Source: Rhizaria sp. SCN 62-66
Taxonomy: Eukaryota
Direction: 5' to 3'
Assembly (NCBI GenBank): GCA_001724265.1
Contig: MEDY01000016.1
Span: 1 to 64,000 of the forward strand
DNA: 64,000 nucleotides
The first letter of the stretch is position 1; every line of letters begins with the position of its first letter. The notes beneath the pieces were generated by a model, which saw only the letters and a list, made by a program, of their open reading frames with translations, did not search any database and was not told the origin of the DNA. The position numbers were made by a program, and so were the translations under genes. Positions 15,562-26,700 of this stretch are shown here, piece after piece.

Positions 15562-17973
15562 ATGGACCCTTCTGCTTCAAAGAAGCCCATGAGCTTCTCG
15601 CTGAGCAAGCTCGCTGGCGGCAAGCCTCTGCCGAAGCCCGTGGTGTCGCTCCAGGTCCAGCAGGCCGACGATGGGCCTGCGCGCATGTCCGCCGCGAACG
15701 TCTCCATGTCTCAGCTGGCGCGCATGGCGGACGAGGCGAGCGGTGCGGTGAAGAAGGAGATCGTGATCCCGCTGCGGCCCAGCAAGAGCTACCGCGCCAT
15801 CGCCGAAGCCGCCGTCGCGGCCGACGCCGCCGTAGGCAACACAACGGCCGGCTCTCGCGCCACCGACGGCTTGCTTGGTGGCACGCCTGGCGCCGCGATG
15901 GTGGACACGGAGGGGCTTAGCGTGGAGGACGCGGCCGCCGTCGCCGCGCTCGCCGCCGCTTCGGACCCAGTCGCCGCCGCGGCCGCCGCCGCCGCTGCCA
16001 AGGCCGACAGCACGCTCGTCATTCTCCGTCCGACCACTACGGGTCCCCTCGGCAGCAAGGCGGGCTCTGGCTCGAGCGCAGCCGCAACAACTGCTGCCGG
16101 CGCTGGCGCGGACGCCGAGATGGACCTGGCGGACGACCCCGACGACAGCGACTACGAGGCCGTGCCGATCGAGGCTTTCGGGGAGGCGATGCTGCGCGCC
16201 ATGGGCTGGCAGCCTGGCGGCAAGGTCGGCCTTACCAACGCGCGCGTGACGGCGAGCGCGGAGCTGGCGCGGTCCAACGTCGACCGCTTGGGGCTGGGCG
16301 CGGACCCCAAGATGGCCGAACTGCAGAAGCTCCTCGCCAAGACCGAGAAGCAGAAGCAGACCGGCGCCGCCGCCGCTGCCGCCAAAACGGCGGCGGACAG
16401 CGGCAAGAGCAAGACTGACACCACCGCCAACAGCACCACTGCGAGTCCTGTGGGGGACAGTGGAGTCAACACCGACGATATCGCTGCTGCCGCTGCGCCC
16501 GACAAGATTTCCGACATGTTCGAGCTCGCCAGCTCGGCCCCCGCGACCACTGCCGGCGGCGGCACGTTGACCGCCATGCAGAGCCGCAGCAACAGCAATG
16601 CTGGCAGGGACAGCGCCGCCGCGGCCGCGCTGGGGCTAGCTGCGGGCGTGATCGTGGCCGGCGGGGCGCGCGCTGGCGCCGCGCAACTGCGAGTGGGCTC
16701 TCTCGTCGAGATCCGAGCCCCGGGGCCGCACCTGGGGCTCTTCGGCCGCGTTGTCTCCTGCGACGATGACGAGGACTATGACGAGCGTCACGGTTATGGC
16801 CACAGGGACGCGACGTTGCTGCCGACGGGCGTCGCTTGCCCCGCCGCTGCGTCTGCGTCTGCCGCGGCCGCTGGCGCTGCGTTCCCCGCGACTGCGCGGC
16901 TGTCGGTGCGGCTCAACATCAGCAAGGCGGTGGTGCGCGGGCTGAGCACGGCGTCGGGCGCGCTGGCGGCGGTGGACGAGTCGGTGCTGCCCGCGAACCA
17001 CCAGGCGCTGCTCGACTATGATTACTGGGCCCAGCGCGAGGCCGCGGGCCCGCTGCGCGGCAAGGGCTGGGCCGAGGCCGCGCGCGCTGCCGAGGCCGCC
17101 AGGGCCGAGCAGGAGGCCAAGGAGCAGTTTAGGCAGCAGCAGCGGCAGCTGCGCGGCCGGGGCGGGGGCCAGGGCGAGAGCGACGGGGACGATGACGATG
17201 ACGACGATGACTACAGCGACTTTGTCAAGAGCAAGAGCTCAAGCACCAGCGCCAGTAAAGACAGTGCTACTGTAAGCTCTAGCTCTAGCTCACACTCTAG
17301 TTCCCGCCCCAGCTCGAGTGTCAACAGCAGCCATGACCGTGACCGTGAGCGCGAACGTGAGCGCGCGCAGAATGACCGTGAGTCGCATCAAAGTGACCGC
17401 GAGCCGCCGCCGCCCGCCGCGCGCGACTGGGGCTGGCAGTGGCTGCGCGAGGGGCTGCGCGTGCGCCTTGTGTCCCGGTCGTTCCGCGACCTCACGCGCA
17501 AGAAGGCGCTGGTGACGCGCGTCTCGGCGCGCTCCGGCACCGCATACCTGCGCGTTCCGCTCGACGACCTCCTCCAAGACAATAACAAAGATAGCAGCAG
17601 CTCCAGCTCTGGCTCCGGCTCATGCTTTGGCGGCGGCGGTGGGCGGCGCGCGCGAGAGAGCGAGACGGTGGACGTGCTGCCGAGCGAGGAGCGCGGGCTC
17701 GAGACGTTGGTGCCCGCGCTCGGCGGCGCCGTCGCAGTGCTGCGGGGGCGCGGCCGCGGCTGGCAGGCCGCGGTCACGGCGCGCGACGGCGGCGCAGAGC
17801 GAGTCAGCGTGCGGCTCGTGCGCAGGCTCAGGCGCTGCGCGGGCGCGGGGGCCGGCAGCAGCAGTAGTAGTAGTAGTAGTAGTAATGGTGATGAGAGGGA
17901 AGGGGATGTCGTGGAAGGCGTGTCGTTTGACGATGTGTGTGAGTATGATAGCGGATATGAGCGCTATCAGTGA
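15562..17973 (+). CDS. GPKOW: Spp2/GPKOW/MOS2-like G-patch and KOW splicing factor (803 aa, intronless)
   Basis: Spp2-type G-patch DYEAVPIEAFGEAMLRAMGWQPG...LGLGA, a KOW motif GSLVEIRAPGPHLGLFGRV, and a KIN17-like C-terminus WLREGLRVRLVS...LETLVP...VSFDDVCEY. Ends TGA. Confidence 0.88.
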   Translation: MDPSASKKPMSFSLSKLAGGKPLPKPVVSLQVQQADDGPARMSAANVSMSQLARMADEASGAVKKEIVIPLRPSKSYRAIAEAAVAADAAVGNTTAGSRATDGLLGGTPGAAMVDTEGLSVEDAAAVAALAAASDPVAAAAAAAAAKADSTLVILRPTTTGPLGSKAGSGSSAAATTAAGAGADAEMDLADDPDDSDYEAVPIEAFGEAMLRAMGWQPGGKVGLTNARVTASAELARSNVDRLGLGADPKMAELQKLLAKTEKQKQTGAAAAAAKTAADSGKSKTDTTANSTTASPVGDSGVNTDDIAAAAAPDKISDMFELASSAPATTAGGGTLTAMQSRSNSNAGRDSAAAAALGLAAGVIVAGGARAGAAQLRVGSLVEIRAPGPHLGLFGRVVSCDDDEDYDERHGYGHRDATLLPTGVACPAAASASAAAAGAAFPATARLSVRLNISKAVVRGLSTASGALAAVDESVLPANHQALLDYDYWAQREAAGPLRGKGWAEAARAAEAARAEQEAKEQFRQQQRQLRGRGGGQGESDGDDDDDDDDYSDFVKSKSSSTSASKDSATVSSSSSSHSSSRPSSSVNSSHDRDRERERERAQNDRESHQSDREPPPPAARDWGWQWLREGLRVRLVSRSFRDLTRKKALVTRVSARSGTAYLRVPLDDLLQDNNKDSSSSSSGSGSCFGGGGGRRARESETVDVLPSEERGLETLVPALGGAVAVLRGRGRGWQAAVTARDGGAERVSVRLVRRLRRCAGAGAGSSSSSSSSSNGDEREGDVVEGVSFDDVCEYDSGYERYQ

Positions 17974-18197
17974 GTTGGTTGCCGCTGACTTGCCCATAAA
18001 TAGGGACACGTACGTACGCTCACACGCACGCACATCTGGCATCAACATAAGAATACTAGAACACACTGATTTTTGTTGTCTTTCGGAGATAAGTTATATA
18101 GCGCTTGAGTTACAGAAAGGTAAATACGAATATAAATTTATTATTTTCATCACATCTCATTCGTTAACTCTGAAGCATTTGCGCCTGGGGGTGGCCA

Positions 18198-18235
18198 TGA
18201 GCACAGAATGACTGTGAGCACAGAATGACTGTGAG
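18198..18235. repeat. Intergenic 17-bp tandem duplication
   Basis: tgagcacagaatgactg occurs twice, followed by a partial tgag. Confidence 0.8.
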
Positions 18236-18610
18236 TACTGGTGGGGAGCAGCTGCGTAGGTCCGAGCACTGCGCTCAAAACCATGCATAGTGTGCACTTC
18301 CGTTTCGCTATCGCCTCATTAATCATAATGCAACCTGTTCGAAAAGATGTCTTCTGCGTTAATATAATTTGGGCACCTATATGTGGTGGCTGTTCTTTCC
18401 CTCCATATTATCCTCCAGCTCCGCCAATTCAACACGCCCCCGGCTACTTTTGTTGTCCTTTCATCTGTTGATCTGAGTAAAACAGCCATTTCCTTCAAGC
18501 TTATTTAGTATTTTTGATCATGTTTTTTGTTTTGACATTGTCTCAATTTTTTGTGCGTCGCATGATGGCTACGATGCGCAAATTTGTATGTCGACCCGAT
18601 CACCACAACA

Positions 18611-19291
18611 ATGCCGCGTGTCCCACATCTCTTGATTGCCACGATGATAACCAAGAGCGAGGGCATGAGCGGGAAGCAGGGAAGGACTGCACGTGATAAC
18701 ACCAAGCGTGCCCCTACTAAGGCTAAAGCTAACCGCAAGATTTCCTCAAGCAAGGCGAGCGTTGACGCTAGTTCCTCGGCCAAGGCTGTCAACAAGACCT
18801 CCTCAGATGAGGGCTCAGACGCCTCGTCAGACAAGAACGGCGCCTCATCGAACAATGATGAGGCGTCTTCCGACGAGAACTACGCTTCCTCAGACGATGA
18901 AAACGTTGCCTCGCGCTCTCCTCTCGAGATCAAAGTGCGCGCGCTTCAGAAGGAGCTCGACGAGGTCGAGGACCGCTGCACCCGCTACTTGGTCGAGATC
19001 CTCGCCCGCAAGGGGGTCGACATCGCCTCTGATACGGAAGACAACGAAACAAAGATCATCAAGCGCACCCCCACTTGGACGCTGATGAGCGAAACGGGCC
19101 GGCTCGGGATGCACAGCCAGAGGCTCATGGCCCAGCAACGCAACGCGATGATCGACTGGGGCAACGCGGACCGCCGCCCCGCTCTCAACTATCTCGCCCG
19201 CGTGGCCAACTCGCGAGCCCCCGAGAAGCAACGCGTGACACAGAGGCGCGCGCGGATTGAGGCGGCTTCGAACGCCAACCCGGGGTGGTAA
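18611..19291 (+). CDS. Hypothetical protein (~226 aa): basic N-terminus, degenerate ~7-aa ASSDE(N) repeats, short coiled coil
   Basis: GC-rich ORF with coding-like codon usage between AT-rich spacers. No family recognised and the start codon is uncertain. Ends TAA. Confidence 0.6.
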   Translation: MPRVPHLLIATMITKSEGMSGKQGRTARDNTKRAPTKAKANRKISSSKASVDASSSAKAVNKTSSDEGSDASSDKNGASSNNDEASSDENYASSDDENVASRSPLEIKVRALQKELDEVEDRCTRYLVEILARKGVDIASDTEDNETKIIKRTPTWTLMSETGRLGMHSQRLMAQQRNAMIDWGNADRRPALNYLARVANSRAPEKQRVTQRRARIEAASNANPGW

Positions 19292-19761
19292 GCGCAAAAT
19301 GAGCGCACCCACACATGCAAGCAGTTGTTGCGACAACTTGGCTGCAGGCGCCGACGTTGCTGCACGCTCAGTCAGCAAAAACGAACCACACCAACAACAC
19401 ATCATACATGGATCCAGATTTCATTAGTCTCATAAGTTTCAATCAAAATAAAGTGTTTATGAGGATGTGAATAACATCCTAGGATTGACTAAATAACGCA
19501 CGAATCTTCAGAGAAAGCTATGTAAAACCGTGTTTTGTCAGAAATTGACCTTATAGGTTATCTCGTGTCATGATTTTGTCATGGAGTGTTGCTTTGTGAT
19601 GAGCAGTGCGTCAGCGAAACTCAACTTATCCAATGAGGTGTTGATAACAGATAACAGTCACTGACCGGGGAGTAGACCTTATGTTGTAATCGGCGCAAAA
19701 TGCTGGAGTTATTGTTCCTGCTATAGTCGCCGTGGCCGCTCCTAGTGGCGTCCCCCGCCGC

Positions 19762-20447
19762 TCACCGGTGGATGAACTCGGCGCGCCCCATGTGAAAGTA
19801 GAGGAAGATGAGCCCCTGCGCGATGCCGACGCCGGCGGCGATGTCGATTCCGATCGTGTAGGGCACCGAGACAAGCACCTGCGCAATTAGCGCCGATACG
19901 ATCGAAACCTGGACAAAGCCAAAGATGCCGCCAATTGCGGTTGTCACGATCGGAAGCCAGAGCCACTGAGACAGAATGTGGCGAGGAAAACAAAGAAGAA
20001 TGCAGCAGAGCAGTGTGTGAGTGTAAACTGTGATGACGAAAGTAAGCCTGAACACTTAGGGCAAAGATCAAAATATAATACGAGAAAACCATCTTCATAG
20101 AGTACCACATTAAGTCGCATAGCTAAGAGACTATGTGAATATCGCATTGATTGTTATCTTCGTTGTGAAAATGTGGATCTAAGGACGTACACGACTCCAA
20201 GACTTGCCGATGTAGGCACCCCACAAACCGCTGATGAAGAACGTGAGGACAATGATTGCAAGGCCCCAGACTACAAAATAAAGCCATATTTCTGTGACAA
20301 AAAGAGTATATAAAGAGCTTCGCGTGATCGAGTGTCCTTGTGTGGCATAGAGCGCTGAAATATAGGAAGAGTGTGAGATCAAAACGTACCTTCAAAGTGC
20401 TCCAAGAAAGCACCTGTATTGCCCCATGGATGTGACGTTGATGCCAT
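19762..20447 (-). CDS. TMEM170-like small membrane protein, 3 exons: 20447-20390, 20354-20191, 19965-19762 (141 aa)
   Basis: EIWLYFVVWGL...ISGLW...IVSALIAQV...AAGVGIAQ follows the TMEM170 pattern (EMW..W, SAAIA.V, G..Q) with three hydrophobic helices. Both donors are GTACGT and the first intron is only 35 nt. Ends TGA. Confidence 0.7.
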
Positions 20448-20755
20448 GTGTCAAATAGCCTGTCTAGAAATAAATCCGTATTGACGCGTGCTACCGAGCC
20501 AGAGCTGCGCTGACGGATGTTCTGAGGTGCTCTATTGAATCAAACTTCAACCTTCATTGGAGACTTCAATCATAGACACTGTCACCATCACCATGGTCAA
20601 CGTAACTAACGGCTCCTGAACTGAAACTCGCAGCATTTTTTACATTCAAAACGATGACTACATCAGAGAAAACTTGAAAAAAACTATGTATCAAGTGTTA
20701 AAATGTAAATGTTGCAGTCTTTTCTGATAAACATCAGCTTGGCTTGAATTAAATC

Positions 20756-23700
20756 TTAAACATCATTACCTAGCCCTGCGACAGCGGACCTGACAGGCCA
20801 AGCCGAGACCCGCCCGTGCCCGGCCAAATAGAAGCGCTGTCCGCCCTGGTCCAGCGCAGCGGCCGTGACGCCCTCCCCGTCCCTGGCGGCCGCGTACCGC
20901 GCGTTGTCCCCCACGCTCTCGACGAGCATCATGGTCCTCGTGTCGTACATGCGCACCGTCTTCGCCGCGCACACGACGACGAGCTGGTGCGCCGCCGCGT
21001 TGGCCGCCACAGCAGTCACCTGTGCGCTCTGCGGCAACACGGCCGTGGGAAACTGCGTCAGCGCGTCCCACAGCAGCACGCGGCGGTCCAGCCCCGCGCT
21101 GACGATGGCGCCCGCGTCGGCCGCGTACGACACCGACGTGACGCCGGCGGAGTGCCCGTGCGCGCCGCCGCCGGCGCCGCCACCGCGGCCGCCTGTCGCG
21201 CTCATCAACGCCCACGCCGGCAACGCGGACGCCGCGGCGGAGCCAACGTTGCTGAAAAGCCCGCCGCTGCCGCCGTCGCTCCCGGGCGCGAGCACGCCCC
21301 AGGTGTCGCCGTTCGCGCCATTACTAAATGCTGATGTGCCGGCGTTGTTGGTGTGCGAGAGGGCGCCGGGCGCCAGGCTAAACCCCATAGTGCGCCCTGG
21401 CTGCATCTGGGCTGACGGCAACGCCAGCGCCAGTGCTGCGCCCGCCGCCCTACTCCGGCCAGTATTGCCCTGCGCATTCGCTGCGGCAGCACCGCTTCGC
21501 CCGCGAGCAGTGCTCGGGCCGGCGAGCGGCTGGTTGGCGACGGCGGTCGGCCTGCCGAAGGTTCGCACGGGCGCCGCGGTTGTGGCGTCGACGAGCGCAA
21601 GCGTGCAGTCCATCGAGGCCGTGAGCCAGCGCAGCCCCAGCGCGGGGTCGGCGCACAGCGCCGTCACGCGCGCCGAGTGCAGGTCCACCGCGGCCAGCTG
21701 TGCAAACGACGAAGTGTCGCGCACGGAGAGGAAGCCGCGCGCGTCACCCAGCAGCATGTGCGAGACAGCGCCGGAATGGTAGCCGTCGCGGGACAGCGCG
21801 TAGCCGCCGCCGTCGGCGTCCAGCCCGTCCGTGAAGGGGCCGTGGGCGCGGCGGTTGCTCGCGCCGCTGTTGCCGCTGTAGCGCGGCGGGTGCTCGGAGT
21901 CCCAGCTGCTGGCCGCGGCGTTGTTGGTGATGGCCACGCACGACGGACTTTCGCCCACGGACACCTGCCGCGTCATGGCGTACTCGGGGCATAGCCGCGC
22001 GAGAGTCGCCGCCACCATCCCGTCCACGACGCCCGCCGCGACGCCGCGCGCAGCCAGACGCAGGGCGCGCTCCTCGGCCTCCTCCTCGGCCGCGGCGGCC
22101 GCGGCCGCGCTCTCCCCTGCACCAGCCCCCCCAGCGCCGCCGGCTCTAGTCTGCTTCCCGGCGCTGCTGCGCGCAGCGGTCATAACGCGTCTCTCGGCAA
22201 AGAGGCCAAGATAGCCGCGGGGGTCGAACCCAATCAGACGCAGCGCGCGCGCGTCGTTGAGCGACTCGACCACGGCCGCGGCCGAGGCAGCCACCGCAGA
22301 CGCCGCCGCGCCGCTGGCCCCGGTGGCCAGTCCGCCGCGCTGCGGGGTGTAGAAGCGGATCGTGCGGTCCGAGTACGTCACGACGACAGCGCCGCGCGCG
22401 CGCCACATGGCGACGCTCGTGGGCTCCGGCGCCGCTGCGGCCGCGGCGGCGGACAGGCGCACGACGTCGGCCTCGGGGCGGCGCAGCGCGGACGCGCGGC
22501 GCACTGCAGTGGACGCTGCGGCGAGTGCGGCGCTTGTTTCAGCGCTCGTGTCGGCGCTCGTGGCAGCGCGGGCGGACGCGGGACGACGTAATTGTTGCTT
22601 TGCGCTCGCGCTAGAGCTTGTGTTGCCACTGCAGAACTGAGAGCGAATGCTGTCAGAGTTGGTAGCGCCAACAGCAGCGCGCGCGGTCTGTGCGCCGCCG
22701 AAGTTATGCTCACCAGTGAAGTCGTCGTCGTCGCAGAAAATATCGTCATCACCGTCGTCGCCCGCGCCTGCGCCAGCCCCCAGCAGCGCGTGCGCGCCGA
22801 GTTCGGAGCGCGGGCCCGCGATAGCGCTGCGCAGACGCGCCGAAATCACCGCCGAGCGCGGCATGCGGCGGGCGAGCGCATCGACGACGGTGTCTGTGCG
22901 ACGAAAGCGCGGTGGCACGGGGCGGCCCGTGCGAAGGTCGATGTCGTTGTCGCGGGGGTCGCGCGTCACGATCGGGCGCTGGTGCTTAACGAGGCCGGTC
23001 GCGGAGTTCACGTAGCGGTTATTGCCGTCAGCGTCGATGGCGGTGCTGCGGTGCGCAACGCCGCCGTCGTCGTCATCGTCGTAGTCATTGTTGTTGTTGC
23101 TTTCGTTGTCAGCGTCAAAAGCGGCGCGCGCTGAGAGATCGAGTCGCGGAACAACAGCGCACGCCGCCGCAGGAAGCGCGCCGCCGCCTTGCCTGCTAAT
23201 GAGGGCTGTGAACCGAGGACGCAGCGAGCGCAGACGGTAGGCAGACGTGCTGCCGGTGACAAGCCCGGTCCAGTGCGACGCCTCGCGGGCGCGCGCGCGG
23301 GCGCGAGCAACTGCGCGGGCTTCGCTAGTCACCGTGTTGTCGCCGTCATCATCACCCTCGCCACCTTCGTCGTTGCGATCACGGTGCTTGTTCATGTTAT
23401 AGTCGGAGTCTGTTGTGTGCGCAGCCGAACGACCGATGTCATGCGCCAAAGAACTTATCGCGCTGCGGAACGCGGCGTGAGACTCGGCGTTCGCGCGCGC
23501 CTCGCGAAGTCGGCGCTCTTGAAGCAACGCGCGCTGCAGAGCCGGACCAGGTGAATGCGACAGCGTGCACAGAGGGGACAGGTCCGCCGCACTCCAAAGC
23601 TAGATCAATCGGAAACAAAGCATGGACCAGAAATTAGATGATGAGATGAGTCCGTTGAAATGTCAAAATAAACATCAAATTGTAAAAGCGGTCAAAATTC

Positions 23701-26700
23701 GTACCTGTACATATCCCGGATTCGTAAAGCGGACTGCAAGAAGGCCCATCTGCGCCAACGGCACTGCGCCGAGCCCGAGGCCAGCGCCGCCGGTCGCGTC
23801 TGCGTCCGTCGCCAGCGGGTCGCCAGCCGCGTCACCGCCATCCCAGGCTTCGTCGCGCTCGTCCTCGTCGCCGCGATACCCCCCATCGTCGTCAGCATTA
23901 TGCTGACCGATGTACGCACTCTGGCTCTTGCTGCCGCTAATACCGTTACGAGCGCTGCGAGAGGCGCCATTGCGCTCGGCGGCCCGCACCGCCTGCGTCG
24001 TGCGCGCGCGCTCCACCAGCTCCCCAGCCCACTGCCGCGCGCGGTCCTCCCGGTCGCCGCCAAACAGCCCCGCGGGGTCGTGTCCCTTGTCACCGGCAGC
24101 CACGCCGACACCGGCGCTGCCGTCGCCGTTCGCGTTGGTGCTGGCGGTGCTGTAGGCCTCGCCTCGGTCGGCGGCGGCCGCAGCGATGCGGACCGCCTCA
24201 GAGGCAAGAGACGGCGCGAGAATGTCGATCTGGCACGGCCGACCGGGGCCAGGAATCGCGGTAGAGAGCGCGAGAGTGCGCGTGCTGTTTGCACTATCGC
24301 CTGCACCTGCACGTCCTGTGCCCGCGCTCACTGCTTCCGACGCTGCGAATGTCGACCAAACGTTGCTGCGCTGCCGCTCTTGTTGTTGTGCCAGAGGTTC
24401 AACAATCCCGTCGCTTGAGTTATTAGCCGCAGCGCTTTGTGGCTGTAAATCTGAGGCGTTAGTCAAGCCAGTAGCAAGTGTGAAAACCTTGTCCTCAGAC
24501 TGCGACTGCAACTGTGACTGGGGGCCAGATGCCAGTTCATCTGCATCGACGCAGTACGCCCCCACGCTGTCAGCTAGCACTGTGGCAACGGCAACTCGAG
24601 GCGCAACACGCGCGCTCGTGGGACGAGGAAGCTGCGGTCGCTTATCTGTCTGCTCAACGGCTGTTGTCAGTGCCTCTGTCTTAGTGGAGTTTTGTTCAGA
24701 GTCCGCCGCTGAAGTTGTAGAGTGAGTGGCAGACTGATACCAGCCAACCAGACGCACGTCAGTCGCTGCTGTCTCGGCATTCACAGTGACTGTCGCGGAC
24801 GCATTCGCCAGCGCCGCTGTGGACGCTAGCCCTTGCATCGATGTCTGCTCAGCCGCGCGCCTCACCTCGCCCACAAGCGCCTTCACCCCGGCCGACAGCC
24901 CCCCGCCGACGCCGACGCCGCCGCTGGCGCCGATTCCGGCCCCAGCGCTCGCCTCCGCCCCGCCTAGTCCGTGGCTCAGCGCCCCGCCGCGGTAGAGCCC
25001 CGCGAGCAGGGGGTCCACGCCCTCGCCGCGCCGGCCCAGTCGCTTGCCGGCGCCGGACCCGCCACCACTGCCGCCGCCGCTGCCGCCGCCGCCGCCGCTG
25101 CTCCCCGCTGTGGCATGCGCAGTCGAGCTCGCGTTCGCAGAAGCGGAGAGCGAGGCGGAGGCAGAGGCAGCCGCGGCGGCCGCAGTGGGGCCGAGGATGG
25201 CAACGCCCGAGGCGCGCGCGAGAGCCGCGGCTGCAAGGTCGGCCGGTGAAGGGTCTGACAGAAGCAGCGCCTCTGCGGTCTGCGTGCTCAGCACAGGCGG
25301 GTGCGGGTGCGGGCGCGGGCCGGCGCGTACAGACGGCGGCAGCGGGGCGGCCAGAGCGCGCGCGCGGCCTTGCCAGAGCATTGGACGCGGCAGCGCAGCG
25401 GCCGCAATGGACACAGCGGCCGCGGCTGCGGCATCGGTGTCGGCGTCGGTGGGCGCGGCAGACGCAGACGCTGCGGCGCCAGCAAGCCGAGCGGCACGGC
25501 GACAACTTCGGCGACGACGACGGCGGCCGTCACTGTCCGTAGCATCGTCGTCTTTATCGTTGTCGTTTGCCTCGTCGCTGCCGCTGTCGCTGTTGCCTCT
25601 ACTGTCGCTGTCGGAGTCGAACTCAGCGCCGCCGGCGTGCTTCGTATCGCTGCTGCGCGTGGCGGCCGCCATCGCCTGCGCCACCATCACGGTGAGCCCG
25701 CGGCCGAGCAAGGGAATGTTGCCAAGGTCCTCGTCAGACTCCGCTACGGCGGTCGGAGTTGCATGATCTGTCGCGGTTGGCGTCGGCTGAGCTTCAGTAC
25801 CGCTTGGAGTAAAGGCGTAAGTTACAGAGCTCTTGCGGGACGATGTAGCGCTCTCGGGTGCAGCGATCGCTGTCGCTGCTGCAGTTGAGCTTGGGGTCGA
25901 TAAAGCAGTTCGTGTGCTCGCAGGACGGCGCAACTTTGCTTGAGCATCATTTGCAACAACAATAGGCGCGGCGTGTGGAGATGCACTCACTGCTCCGTTT
26001 GCAAGAACTGCCGTCGTCATTGCAGCTGCTTCAGCGGCAGCGGCTGTTGCTAGCTCTGTCAGCAATGTCTGCGGCGGCGACGCATCTGCAGCTGCTGCGG
26101 CGGCGACAGCGGCAGCGGCTGTGGCTGCAGAGCGGCGCCGCGCAGATGTGGACGGCGGCTGCGAAATTGGAGCGCGCACAGGCGGCTTAACTTTGATCAG
26201 CGGCTTGGCATCGAGCGTTTGTTTAGCATTTCCCATAAGCCCAGCAACAGCACGCGCACGCTCGCGCTCACGCTCACGAGCACGGTCACGATCATCATCC
26301 TGCTGCGTGTTAGTTAAAGGACTGCGAGCACTTGTGACGGACGCGGAAGCGGAACGTGGCCGTTGCCGCTGCTGCAGGTGCTGTTGAGACGGTTGGGTGG
26401 GCTGGGCGCTAGCAACGTCACCTACGCTCCGCTCACGGTCGCTATCGTCTCCCTCGGCGCCGTCCTCTGTCACGTCGTCGTCGATGCGGGTCGAAGCAGC
26501 GGCAGCAGCGGCGGCCGCAGAAAGCGCGTGTGTAAACCTCTCAAAGCTCCACGCATCGTTCCCACCGCTGCCAGTCGGATTGCCACCGCCGAGAGTCGAG
26601 CCAGCTTTGTCGCCTGCAGTGGCCGCAGCGGCTGCAGCTGCAGTAAGCGCGGCGCGCGAGATAGCGCTGAACCACTCGTCCCAGCTCAGCAGCGGCTCAG

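Noticed and set aside
18198-18235. 17-bp direct repeat as a CRISPR or transposon end
   Set aside because: Only two adjacent copies with no spacers and no transposase, in a eukaryotic context.
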